64,000 bases of DNA from assembly GCA_000724175.1 (NCBI GenBank), contig JPGV01000010.1, positions 61,199 to 125,198 of the forward strand, read 5' to 3'. Position 1 is the first letter of the stretch; every line of letters starts with the position of its first letter. The translations under genes were made by a program, and so were the position numbers. This DNA is from [Candidatus Thermochlorobacteriaceae] bacterium GBChlB (lineage in GTDB: Bacteria > Bacteroidota > Chlorobiia > Chlorobiales > Thermochlorobacteraceae). The notes under the pieces are model-generated. The model had not been told where the DNA came from. It was given only the letters and a program-made list of their open reading frames with translations, and ran no database searches. Shown here piece by piece: positions 46,770-56,218 of this stretch.

Positions 46770-48053
46770 TTATTTATGCGTTGAGCCGATGAATCCGTAG
46801 TAAGCGATATAGGCATAGCACAGCGCTGGTAAGAGGAACGCCGCTTGCAGTCCGAGCGAATCGGCAAGCGCACCAGTTGCCACTGGAATCAGTGCGCCGC
46901 CAACGATTGCCATAATCAAGATGCTCGACCCCGCGTTGGTGAGTTTTCCGAGTCCATCAATGCCAAGCGTGAAAATCGTCGGAAACATAATCGAGTTAAA
47001 AAGTCCGACGGACAAGATGAACCACATTGCAGCTGCGCCAGAGGCAAACATTGAGAGCGCAACAAGTGCGGCAGCAACCAGCGCACAGATGCCGAGCAAT
47101 GTGCCTGCTTTGATGCGCGTGAGCAACGCCGAGCCGATAAACCGACCCACCATTGCGCCGCCCCAGTAGTATGAGACGAACTTCGCCGCGTCAGCTTCTT
47201 TCAAGCCTTGAATTTGTGACAAGCCCAGAAAATTCACCAGAAAACTGCCGATAGAGACCTCCGCGCCGACATAAAGAAAAATTCCAACCGCGCCAAGCGC
47301 TAATTGTTTTTGCGAGAGCGCCTCACCGAAGGCGCTTTCTTTTTCTTCGTCGCCCTCAACAGTTGCAATCGCTGGAAGGTTAAACAACGCAATCGCGCCC
47401 GCCAGCGCAAAGAGCGCGAGTGCCAAGCCAATGTATGGCAGTTGCACCGCCGCCGCTTCGGAAAGTTTATATGCCTGCACTGCTTCGGCAGACATCGCGC
47501 GCAGGTCTTCGGCAGTTTTAATTGAGCCGCTCAAAATGAGCAGTCCTCCAAACGCGGGCGCGAGCGTTGTGCCAAGCGAATTAAATGCCTGCGCTAAGTT
47601 CAATCGGCTCGAGGCGGTGTCGGGTTTTCCCAAAACAGCAACGTAAGGATTTGCAGCAACTTGCAAGAGCGTGATGCCCGATGCCAGCACAAATAACGCC
47701 GTTAGGAAAAACGGATACGATAACAGCGCTGCCGCTGGATAGAAGAGCAACGCGCCCGCGCCCGCCGCGCCAAGCCCAATGACAATACCGCGCTTGTAGC
47801 CGACTTTGGCGATGATTTTGCCTGATGGCAGCGACATAATGAAGTAGGCTGAAAAAAATGTGAACTGAATTAGCGCGGCTTGCACATAGTTCAGCTCAAA
47901 GACAGCTTTGAGATGCGGAATGAGAATGTCGTTGAGGCAGGTCAGAAATCCCCACATGAAAAACAGCGTCGTTACGGTGATGAACGCGGGCGTGTAGTTC
48001 ACATCGGCCTCGACGGTCGCCGCCGAACTTGAAGCGTTAGGTTGCATTGCCAT
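46770..48053 (-). CDS. sugar MFS transporter, FucP/GluP (fucose / glucose-galactose-mannose:H+ symporter) family
   Basis: 12-TM pattern with FFMWGFLTCLNDILIPHLK, typical of FucP/GluP. The ATG at 48053 (MAMQPNASS) is preferred. Confidence 0.8.
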   Translation of the reverse strand: MAMQPNASSSAATVEADVNYTPAFITVTTLFFMWGFLTCLNDILIPHLKAVFELNYVQAALIQFTFFSAYFIMSLPSGKIIAKVGYKRGIVIGLGAAGAGALLFYPAAALLSYPFFLTALFVLASGITLLQVAANPYVAVLGKPDTASSRLNLAQAFNSLGTTLAPAFGGLLILSGSIKTAEDLRAMSAEAVQAYKLSEAAAVQLPYIGLALALFALAGAIALFNLPAIATVEGDEEKESAFGEALSQKQLALGAVGIFLYVGAEVSIGSFLVNFLGLSQIQGLKEADAAKFVSYYWGGAMVGRFIGSALLTRIKAGTLLGICALVAAALVALSMFASGAAAMWFILSVGLFNSIMFPTIFTLGIDGLGKLTNAGSSILIMAIVGGALIPVATGALADSLGLQAAFLLPALCYAYIAYYGFIGSTHK

Positions 48054-48185
48054 ACTTGATGAGTTGAAATTCACAGAGTTATTCTTGATGCGCCTGCTGG
48101 CGGCGACATCGACCAATCTTATTTGTCTGTACCCACTATGCCTGCAAGCCTTGTCCATTCGAGCCTTTGCGGACGATTGCGCGGC

Positions 48186-49211
48186 TTAAAACAGCAACGA
48201 CAGCGATAACCATTGCGGTGGATTGAGCCTGCCGAATGTCTGGAACGTGTAATCGAATCTGAAATTGAATCCTGCAAATCCATACTTGACGCCGACGCCA
48301 AAGGCTAATCCCATTTCCGACTGTGAGAGAAACAGCGTGTTATATCCTGCCCGCGCAAAGAGCAAGTCGCGCCATGCGTATTCCGCGCCGAGATTGAGAT
48401 ACGAATTGTTGTCGTTGGGCGCGACGCCGTCGAGCGCAATCACAAGCAAGTGGTCTTTTTCTTGAACAACTTGCAGCGCGACGCCGATTTTAAAGACAAG
48501 CGGCAAATTGAAATTGTCGGTCGCAAGCCGCGCTGGTATGCCGTTGTTTTCGCCTGCCGCGCCTGTGCCAGTCGAGCTATTCACCAGCAGCGCATCGCCC
48601 GTGATGTTCATTTGTGTGCCGAAGTTATACATCGTTGCGCCGATGCGCAGAAAGTCCGTTACATCATAGAGCACGCCCAAGTCGAGGGCAACGCCTGCGG
48701 CAGTCGTCGTCCAAATGGATTGGCTGATGAACTTTATGCTACCGCCGACCGAAAAGCGCTCAGTCAGCGAGGCCGCATAGCTGAGTTGAATCGAGACATC
48801 GTTGGCAGAGAACACGTCGCCTGTGCCGTCGGGTTGTCGCTCAGTGGTGCGTTCAATATCGCCTGATGAGAGGAGCGTGGCCGCCGCGCCGAAGGTGCCG
48901 ACATTCGGGATGTTGTATGTCAATCCTGCCCAACTGAGCGTTGTGCCGACGAGCCAGCGCGAATGCACTGCACCCAATTGCACGCCTTTGTTTCGCGCAA
49001 TGCCAGCAGTGTTCCAATAGAGCGAGGCTATATCGGGCGCAGTTGCCACTTGCGCGCTGCCCATGGCAATCGCTCTTGCGCCAATGCCGATGCCTAAAAA
49101 TTGCGCCGCTGTCGTAGCCACGCGCGATTGCGCCGATAGGCTTGCAGGCAAGAGAGCCATCATGGCTACAACTAAAAAAATTCTCATGGTTGAACGAGTC
49201 AGTGTTTCCAA
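48186..49211 (-). CDS. PorV/PorQ-family outer-membrane beta-barrel protein
   Basis: 341 aa with a signal peptide. The N-terminal motif TTAAQFLGIGIGARAIAMGSAQVATAPDIASLYWNTAGIA matches the PorV/PorQ pattern (A.FL.I....R..GMG.A.VA...D....WNPA). Alternating beta-strand pattern, ending in LSLSLLF. Confidence 0.7.
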   Translation of the reverse strand: METLTRSTMRIFLVVAMMALLPASLSAQSRVATTAAQFLGIGIGARAIAMGSAQVATAPDIASLYWNTAGIARNKGVQLGAVHSRWLVGTTLSWAGLTYNIPNVGTFGAAATLLSSGDIERTTERQPDGTGDVFSANDVSIQLSYAASLTERFSVGGSIKFISQSIWTTTAAGVALDLGVLYDVTDFLRIGATMYNFGTQMNITGDALLVNSSTGTGAAGENNGIPARLATDNFNLPLVFKIGVALQVVQEKDHLLVIALDGVAPNDNNSYLNLGAEYAWRDLLFARAGYNTLFLSQSEMGLAFGVGVKYGFAGFNFRFDYTFQTFGRLNPPQWLSLSLLF

Positions 49212-49217
49212 AGGCGC

Positions 49218-52200
49218 TTACTTAATGAGCGCGAACTTTCCGGTTTTTGTGCCGACGCCCGGCGCGTCGAGATGATACAGGTAGAGTCCAAACGCGGCAT
49301 CTAAGCCGTCGCGCGTGCGCAAGTTCCAACGCACGGTGCCTTCAAGGCTGCCGTTTTGACGCAACTCAGTAACGAAATCGCCGCGCACCGTGTATATGCG
49401 AATCACCGCATTTTGCGGCACATTCGTAAACGTGATGGCTCTTTCACCGCGTCCGGTCTGCACGCCTGTTGGCAGTGCGCCTTCAAATAAACTGCGAGCG
49501 ACATAGGGGTTCGGCACGACTTTCACGCGGTCTAAGTTACTTTTCGCTGCATCGTTGCTGACGCCGACGGCGCGCGCGCGCAATCGAAACTGGTCGCCAC
49601 CTGCAAATGGCTTCACCAAACGCACAATGTATTTATCGCCAATGCGCGGCCGAACCGGCGTCGGGGAGCGCGTCGGAATAAAATTGATTACCCAACTGTA
49701 AAGCGTGTCGGTGCCATCGGCGAGCGGTGTTGGCGAGAACGGCAGAGCGATTTGCACAAGGGTTGTATCGAGGCGCGTGTTTTGCGAATTGACGGGAAAG
49801 AAAAACCGCGCTGGCTGTCCCGTCGTCAAGTTTCGCACGACAAAGTTGCACGGCTGGGCAGGGATATTTCGTATTGCATCGCCGCGCCGAAAGTTAATTG
49901 CGTTGCTCGACGCATTGGCGACAATCTCAATTTCAAAATCATTTGCCTGTGCAACAGTATCATACACGGCCGCCGCCGTCTCAAATGTGCCGGGACCTAC
50001 TTGCGTTACATTCACCGTGTAAGTATTCGGTGTCGGCGTCGCTGCATTTCGTTGCCAGCCCGACCGCGCCGCGTCGAAGCGAATGTTGATGTCATTGTCA
50101 ATCGAGAGCAGTATGCCGTTGAAAATTTGGTCGTCGGCAATGTAGGTCGTTGTGTTGCGCCGGTAAGAGCGTTGGTCAGAGAGCGGCAATGTGCTTTGGC
50201 GAATGATTGTATCTGGACGCGCTGCGTTGGTTACATCAATGACACGAAACGATGTTGTGATTTTTGAGAGTTCTCTGCCGTCGCGTTCATCAATGCGTCC
50301 GTCCCGATTGTTATCAATGCCATCGTTAGATGTGTCGAGAAACTCCACCATGTAATCGCGGTCGCGCACCTCATCTGGATTGAGCGTCGTGAAGCGCACG
50401 CGCCCATCACCCACCGGCGGTCGACCGTCTCGAATGACTGGCTCGAGGTCGCCACTGTTGCCCGTTGGATTCTCAAAGCCGCCGACTTTCGCGCCGGGCG
50501 TAACGACAACCACATTTTGACCCAAGAGAAAGTTCCCGCGTCCGTCGGGACGTGCGCTGACCGGATTTTCCGACGGATAAAGCCCAAGCGCGGTATCGCC
50601 TCGATTGTAGGCAACAACAGCGTAAAAATATGTCTTGCCGTTGACGACGTTGGAATCGGTGAAGGTGCGCGAGAGCCCTGTGTTGTTCCCCAAGAAATAC
50701 GCGATGCCTCTGGACTGCTCCAAGAGCGCGCGCGAACTGAGCGGAAAGTTTCCTCTGATGTCGTTGTCCAAGTCGAACTGCGCGATAGGGCGCAGTTGCT
50801 GGGCTGGTTGCCCGCGCGAATCGGTGATGACAAGCGCGTCGGAAAAGTTCGCGTCGGTGGCTTTATAGATTTTATACCCCTCGAAGTTGCGCACGCGCGG
50901 GTCGCTGGTGCTTTGCGGCAAGTCGAGACGCCGCCGAATAAACTCGTCGCGGTAATTTTCCGAAGCGTTGTCCCAATAGAGCGTTACGCGATCTTTGTCG
51001 GTGTAAGCACGCACGCGCGGCACCGGCTGCGGCGGACGCGCAAAGTTGTAATTCGCGTCGTAAATCGCCTGCACGATGTCGCGGTTGCTTAGGATATTCA
51101 ACTCGTCCGTGCCATAGACTTGGGCGATGGAGAAGCGTTCCGTCTGTCCGGCGCCGAGCGGAAAATATCCCGCACCATACATATAGTCGCCGTCGAGGAT
51201 ATTGGCCGGAATCAAGTCGAAGCGTCCGGGGCGCGTCGAGCGCACCATCTCTGGAATGTTGCCCAAATCAAAATCGTTGTTTGTGCCGAAAGCAAAACTC
51301 GTCAGCCCGATTTGGTCGGCTTCGTTCACATCGCGCGCATCGAGAAACAGCCCACTCGCATCGTCGTTGCCGTTGTTGTCGAAGGCGTCATCGCGCCGCT
51401 CATCAATCATTGGGTAGAGCGTTTGGTTGATGACAATTGGGTCTAAAATGCCTGACCCTGCCGGCAAGCCGGTCGGATTATCTCGACCAAGCTGAATGTA
51501 GTCGATGTAGTGAAGCGGAGGCAAACTTCGCGCCTCTGAGCGCTGTGTTACCAAATCAAACTCCGTAACGCGGCGGTCGACGTGCAGTTCATAATTTTCA
51601 TCAATGATGCCATTGAGATTATCGTCGAACGTGTTGTTCGGCACTTCGGTCAGTGTTCGATTTGGTCCGACAGTGTAGCGTCTGCCAAGCGAGACGACAA
51701 CGGTGTCGCGGGTCGGCACAGTGAGGTATCGACGGGTATAGACGGTGATGTCGCTATTGTAAAACGGCACTGTGCGGCGCGCGCGTTCAATGACAATAAT
51801 CGGGTCGCCAGCGCGCAGCACCCGTCGGAAGAAAAAGTCGTCGCGTCCAGTTTCGGCGTTGGGCGTGCGTGTGGCAGGGTCATAGTCGTAAGGCCCGGTT
51901 CCGCCGTTGATGTTGAATTGCGGCGGCGTGGCAGTCGTGTTGCGTCCGACGCTTCGAAAATCGCCGTCATTGTCAATGCCGTCGAAGGGATTGCCCGGGC
52001 TCTCCAAGAACGCCAAACCAAGCAAGCCGGGCGGAAACCGTGTGTCCCAATTGCCAGCCACATTGCTCGGCGAAGTCGCGCGGCTGTATGTAATCGATCG
52101 GCTTTGGTCGAAGAATGAGATGCCGCCTGCAGCCGGCGTGCCGCCGATGTTCGTGCCGACAATGGAGCCGAAAAATACTTTATCGTAATCGAACCGCGAG

Positions 52201-53066
52201 TCGTTCTTGATGTCGTAAATCCAAAAGATGTTGTCTTGCGCTAAAAAGTTCGAGAACTGCAAGCCGCGCACCGATACCACCAAGCCTGCGCCGTAGCGCC
52301 GCGTGTCGTTGGGATACGGCAGAAATCCGTAGGCATCGAACCACTGCCTATCCGTGCCGTCGGTCGTTACAAAGTAACTCTCTTGGTCAGCGTTGGTGAT
52401 TCCTCTGCCGAAGTAGCCGTTCCATTCGGAGCGTCCGGTGTTCGGGTCAATCCATGTGGGCTGGTCGGGCCAACGGTCGGGCCATGTTTCGGGCAAATGG
52501 CTCATCGCAATGCGGTCTTGCCGAATGTTGAAGAAGCCTGAAAAGGGTGTTAGTCCGTAGAATGTGCCGCCCGGATTTTTTTCGGTGCGGCGGAATCGCA
52601 CGCTCGGATTGCCCGTAACGAACCAAGACGTATCCGAGACGGCCACGCCGCGCTCATTGCCAATCACAATGTTTGAATCGACAATCGCGTTGGGCGGAAT
52701 CCGCACACCGACTCTGCCGTCGCGCAGCCGTCTGCCCGTTCGGCGTGTTGGGTCGGCGGCGGTGAAGAGAATCGTGTCTTGAAAGACGCGCTCAATGCCG
52801 ATGACGACGTTCAGGTCGCCGATATAGGTATTGTTTTCAACGGGCCACGCGCCGTTGGGAAACGAGCCTTCGCCGCCCGTTACACGCCCTTGATTGAAGA
52901 ATGTGGTCTTAACGCGATTGCCGTTGTGAATGTTGCTGCGCTGAAATTGCAAGCCGTATGGCAAATCGAGCGGAAGAGTAACACCCTGCGCAACGAGCGC
53001 GGGCGCAACCAGCGCGAGACAGATACAGACAAACGCAATGCGGTTCATTGCCAATGACATTTTCAT
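49218..53066 (-). CDS. 1282-aa secreted protein of unknown function with DxDxDG-type Ca-binding loops and an atypical CTD-like C-terminal beta-sandwich
   Basis: Signal peptide MKMSLAMNRIAFVCICLALVAPALVAQG. Loops GIDNDGDF, DDNLNGIIDENYE, DNNGNDDASG and GIDNNRDGRIDERDG. C-terminus VKVVPNPYVA...AITFTNVPQNAVIRIYTVRGDFVTEL...WNLRTRDGLDAAFGLYLYHLDAPGVGTKTGKFALIK. It lies 1 nt after the TBDR gene and 6 nt before the PorV-like gene. Confidence 0.6.
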   Translation of the reverse strand: MKMSLAMNRIAFVCICLALVAPALVAQGVTLPLDLPYGLQFQRSNIHNGNRVKTTFFNQGRVTGGEGSFPNGAWPVENNTYIGDLNVVIGIERVFQDTILFTAADPTRRTGRRLRDGRVGVRIPPNAIVDSNIVIGNERGVAVSDTSWFVTGNPSVRFRRTEKNPGGTFYGLTPFSGFFNIRQDRIAMSHLPETWPDRWPDQPTWIDPNTGRSEWNGYFGRGITNADQESYFVTTDGTDRQWFDAYGFLPYPNDTRRYGAGLVVSVRGLQFSNFLAQDNIFWIYDIKNDSRFDYDKVFFGSIVGTNIGGTPAAGGISFFDQSRSITYSRATSPSNVAGNWDTRFPPGLLGLAFLESPGNPFDGIDNDGDFRSVGRNTTATPPQFNINGGTGPYDYDPATRTPNAETGRDDFFFRRVLRAGDPIIVIERARRTVPFYNSDITVYTRRYLTVPTRDTVVVSLGRRYTVGPNRTLTEVPNNTFDDNLNGIIDENYELHVDRRVTEFDLVTQRSEARSLPPLHYIDYIQLGRDNPTGLPAGSGILDPIVINQTLYPMIDERRDDAFDNNGNDDASGLFLDARDVNEADQIGLTSFAFGTNNDFDLGNIPEMVRSTRPGRFDLIPANILDGDYMYGAGYFPLGAGQTERFSIAQVYGTDELNILSNRDIVQAIYDANYNFARPPQPVPRVRAYTDKDRVTLYWDNASENYRDEFIRRRLDLPQSTSDPRVRNFEGYKIYKATDANFSDALVITDSRGQPAQQLRPIAQFDLDNDIRGNFPLSSRALLEQSRGIAYFLGNNTGLSRTFTDSNVVNGKTYFYAVVAYNRGDTALGLYPSENPVSARPDGRGNFLLGQNVVVVTPGAKVGGFENPTGNSGDLEPVIRDGRPPVGDGRVRFTTLNPDEVRDRDYMVEFLDTSNDGIDNNRDGRIDERDGRELSKITTSFRVIDVTNAARPDTIIRQSTLPLSDQRSYRRNTTTYIADDQIFNGILLSIDNDINIRFDAARSGWQRNAATPTPNTYTVNVTQVGPGTFETAAAVYDTVAQANDFEIEIVANASSNAINFRRGDAIRNIPAQPCNFVVRNLTTGQPARFFFPVNSQNTRLDTTLVQIALPFSPTPLADGTDTLYSWVINFIPTRSPTPVRPRIGDKYIVRLVKPFAGGDQFRLRARAVGVSNDAAKSNLDRVKVVPNPYVARSLFEGALPTGVQTGRGERAITFTNVPQNAVIRIYTVRGDFVTELRQNGSLEGTVRWNLRTRDGLDAAFGLYLYHLDAPGVGTKTGKFALIK

Positions 53067-53067
53067 A

Positions 53068-56000
53068 TTAAAAGTTGATGGTCATGCCGAGCGAGAGCCG
53101 ACGCGGCTCGGAAAAGCGCGCAGGCTGCACGAAAAATTCCTCGACGGTGTTCAGCGTGTTAAATTGATTATTTTGAACGGGCAGTAAAATGTTGCTCGAC
53201 GCGCGCCCGGTGCGCCCAAAGACACCCGTCTCGTTGCCTGCATCGAGCAGGTTAAACGCCTGTGCAAAGAGTCCAACAGAAAGCCCCTCAATTTTGAAAC
53301 TCTTTGTCGCCCTCACATCGACCGTGAACGTGGGCGGCGTTACGCCAGCGTTGTTGATGAGCCTTGCTACGCCGCCCGTTGGCGCGGGAATTAGCTCTGG
53401 TGTGTAGGGAAATCCCGACCCGTAGCGCGCAATCAGGCCAATGTTCCAGTCGTCGCTCACATAATTCGCCGTTATGTTGAGCGTATGTCGTTGGTCCCAA
53501 GCAAGCGGCAGGAGCTGTGTTTCAATTTCAGCGCCGCCACGTCGCTGTGCTGCTGCCGCCCGTGCGTCCGACGCATTGCCCTGCGCCAGCTGAAGCGTGT
53601 AATCGACACCGAAGTTCAGGCTGTTTGATACCTGCTGTGTTATCGAGAGCGTAATGCCGCGCACAAAGCCGTAATCGAAATTGTCGAAGATGAAATACTG
53701 CGCGCCGTTGACGAGGTCGCGGATAAACGCCGAACTGGCAAGGTCTCGAATGTCGCGGAAATACGCCGAGAGATTGACCGCAATGGTCTCGCCAATTTGT
53801 TGCTGTAAGCCGAGTTCGCCGCTCGTCGTGCGCTGCGGCCGAATGTCTGGGTTTCCAAATGGCCCGATAAAGCCGCCTGCGCCCGCTTGTTCGCCGTATT
53901 TGTAGCGCGAGTTCTCGTAAATCAACGCGAAGGCGGGCATCTGGAAAAACTGTCCAAACGAAAAATAGAACAAGCCGCGCTCTGTTACTGGGAACGATAC
54001 GCCGAGTCGCGGGCTGATGGCGAACTTCGGCGTCGCTGGCTTTAGGCGCTCAGTCGTGCCGTTACGCTCAGCGAAAATACTGTCGGGCAGCAGCTTGATG
54101 AACTCGCTGGGGTCGCTGGGGTCACGCGGGACGCCCGTTTGCGGATTGAAGTAATCGAACCGCACGCCGATGTTGATGATGAGGCTGCCGAATTCAATTT
54201 TGTCTTGCACATAGGCGGCAAGCTCAATAGGCGTGCGCGTGTAGAGGTCGCCGCCATCAAGTTCGGTAATCGGGTCGGCAATTTCCGGCTGAAAGCCGTC
54301 GGCGAAGTTCGGCGCGCCGTTCTCGAATCGGTCGCGCACGCGCAAGTCGCTGTAATCCAGCCGGTGAACCTTCACATCAATGCCGCCTTTGAGCAAATGC
54401 ACATCGCCGATTTGATTCGTCAGGTCGGCTCGAAAATGGTTCGTTACCGTGCGCCGGTCGAAGCGTTCGTTTTTCGTGCCACCTGCGACAAAAAAATCGC
54501 CCTGTCCAATGCTGCCCGCAAGGCCCGGAAATTGGTAGCGCGGGTCGAGCGGATTTTCAAACACGTAGTTTTGCGAGCGCGTGTTGAAGTTCGAATATGT
54601 CGCTTCTAAAAACGCCGAACTGCTGAACGTGTAGGTCGCTTTCACAATATGATTGAGCGTGTTGCGGAAAAACGTCATATCGCCGTCGGGGTTGCGCGAC
54701 CATACATGGTCAAACGAGCGGAATGTTTCGCTCTCGTAATTAAGGCTGTAGGCGACTTTCAGGTAGTCCGTCGGCTTGTAAGCCAGTTTGCCTTGAAACG
54801 ACCCACGCGCATACGGATTGAGCGGCACGACGCGGTTATCGCCAGAGCCTAAGTTGCGGTAGTTATCAAACAGCGCAAGATTTGTCGGCGTTGGATTATA
54901 CGGCACCGCAACGGTTGTTCCGTTTTGACGGTCAATGATTACTCTGCCTTGTTCGTCTAACGATAGCGGCGGCGACGGCGGCAATCCCGGAAAGGTAATC
55001 GTGCCGAAGCCTCTATCGCCGACCGCAAAGCGTCCGCGAATCGCTGCAAACGGCGTTTGCAACAAACTGTATGGATTGTTCTGCACATCGAAGACCGAAA
55101 TCACATCGTCGGGCAGATACTGCCTAACGCCGTAGAGATAGCCCTCGTTGGAAAAAAAGCGCCCTGCGGCATAGAACGTCAACTTGTTCTCCAGAAAGGG
55201 AACCGGACCGCTCACATTTGCCTGTGCATTTGGAATCGATATCGGATTTATCTGCGAGATGCCTCGATACAAATTCGTGCGCGTGGAGAGATAATCCCCG
55301 CCGTAAAGCGTTAGCTGTCCGGTGTATTTCTCGCCGCCGTCTTTGGTGATAATGTTGACGATGCCCGACATGGCTTGTCCGTATTCGGCGTTGAACGCGC
55401 CCGAAATGACCTGCACTTCTTGAATCGTTTGCGGGTCAATAAAATTCGAGCCGCCTGCTGCAAAGGTGCGTCCCTCGTTGCCGTCAAAGACATCAGTTAC
55501 GGAAATGCCGTCGACCAAATATGCCACCTCATTGCGCCGACCGCCTCTGAAGCTGCCACCAACAACGCCTGCCTGAATGCCAATCACTTGATTGATGTCC
55601 TCGACCGGCAAGGCTTGAATTTCCTCCGCGCCGACAATCGCCGCCGAGAATGTTTGGTCTTTGACAATCAACGGGCGCTCGGCTTTTACCACGATTTCAT
55701 CGGCGCGGATGTCCTCAGGCAAAAGGTCAAAATCAATGCGCTCGGTGTAGTCAGCTTTCACGCGCACATTGGTTACACTTTTGGGTTGGTATCCGATATA
55801 CGTCGCACGCGCTTTGTAGGTGCTGGGCGGCACATTCAGAATCACATAGTTTCCGTTGATGTCGGTCTTGGCACCCAGCGTCGTTCCCTCGAGCTTAACG
55901 CTTGCACCGATAAGCGGCTCTTTGGATTTGCTATCTCGAACCGTTCCAGCGATTTTACCCGTTGTGCCAAACGGAGCGTTAGGATTCTCGCTTGGACTCG

Positions 56001-56088
56001 CCGCGGCAACAGTGAAGGCAGTTGAAAGGCTAACAAGGAAGGCTACGATGCAGCAAATACCCCTAAAAACCCCAGTAGGCGTTGTCAT
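53068..56088 (-). CDS. SusC-type TonB-dependent receptor (carboxypeptidase-regulatory-like domain + plug + 22-strand barrel)
   Basis: 1006 aa. GKIAGTVRDSKSKEPLIGASVKLEGTTLGAKTDINGNYVILNVPPSTYK (CarbopepD_reg_2-like). Plug region DINQVIGIQAGV...VDGISV...GAFNAEYGQAMSGIVNIITK. Terminal ...LSLGMTINF. Confidence 0.85.
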   Translation of the reverse strand: MTTPTGVFRGICCIVAFLVSLSTAFTVAAASPSENPNAPFGTTGKIAGTVRDSKSKEPLIGASVKLEGTTLGAKTDINGNYVILNVPPSTYKARATYIGYQPKSVTNVRVKADYTERIDFDLLPEDIRADEIVVKAERPLIVKDQTFSAAIVGAEEIQALPVEDINQVIGIQAGVVGGSFRGGRRNEVAYLVDGISVTDVFDGNEGRTFAAGGSNFIDPQTIQEVQVISGAFNAEYGQAMSGIVNIITKDGGEKYTGQLTLYGGDYLSTRTNLYRGISQINPISIPNAQANVSGPVPFLENKLTFYAAGRFFSNEGYLYGVRQYLPDDVISVFDVQNNPYSLLQTPFAAIRGRFAVGDRGFGTITFPGLPPSPPLSLDEQGRVIIDRQNGTTVAVPYNPTPTNLALFDNYRNLGSGDNRVVPLNPYARGSFQGKLAYKPTDYLKVAYSLNYESETFRSFDHVWSRNPDGDMTFFRNTLNHIVKATYTFSSSAFLEATYSNFNTRSQNYVFENPLDPRYQFPGLAGSIGQGDFFVAGGTKNERFDRRTVTNHFRADLTNQIGDVHLLKGGIDVKVHRLDYSDLRVRDRFENGAPNFADGFQPEIADPITELDGGDLYTRTPIELAAYVQDKIEFGSLIINIGVRFDYFNPQTGVPRDPSDPSEFIKLLPDSIFAERNGTTERLKPATPKFAISPRLGVSFPVTERGLFYFSFGQFFQMPAFALIYENSRYKYGEQAGAGGFIGPFGNPDIRPQRTTSGELGLQQQIGETIAVNLSAYFRDIRDLASSAFIRDLVNGAQYFIFDNFDYGFVRGITLSITQQVSNSLNFGVDYTLQLAQGNASDARAAAAQRRGGAEIETQLLPLAWDQRHTLNITANYVSDDWNIGLIARYGSGFPYTPELIPAPTGGVARLINNAGVTPPTFTVDVRATKSFKIEGLSVGLFAQAFNLLDAGNETGVFGRTGRASSNILLPVQNNQFNTLNTVEEFFVQPARFSEPRRLSLGMTINF

Positions 56089-56111
56089 TGTCGATAGTTT
56101 AACGTGGAACG

Positions 56112-56128
56112 ATTTAATCGTTTCAATT
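56112..56128 (-). promoter_or_regulatory. 17-mer ATTTAATCGTTTCAATT; candidate LacI-family operator, copy 2
   Basis: Identical to 41271-41287. It lies 24-40 nt upstream of the TBDR ATG (56088). Confidence 0.4.
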
Positions 56129-56218
56129 CAGGGAGGAAACTTAGGGCTTTTTATCTAAAATATCAAGCGAAAAATCGGGCGGTTGTTCACGGTCTGCTCG
56201 CAGGCGGCAAGTCGGCAC

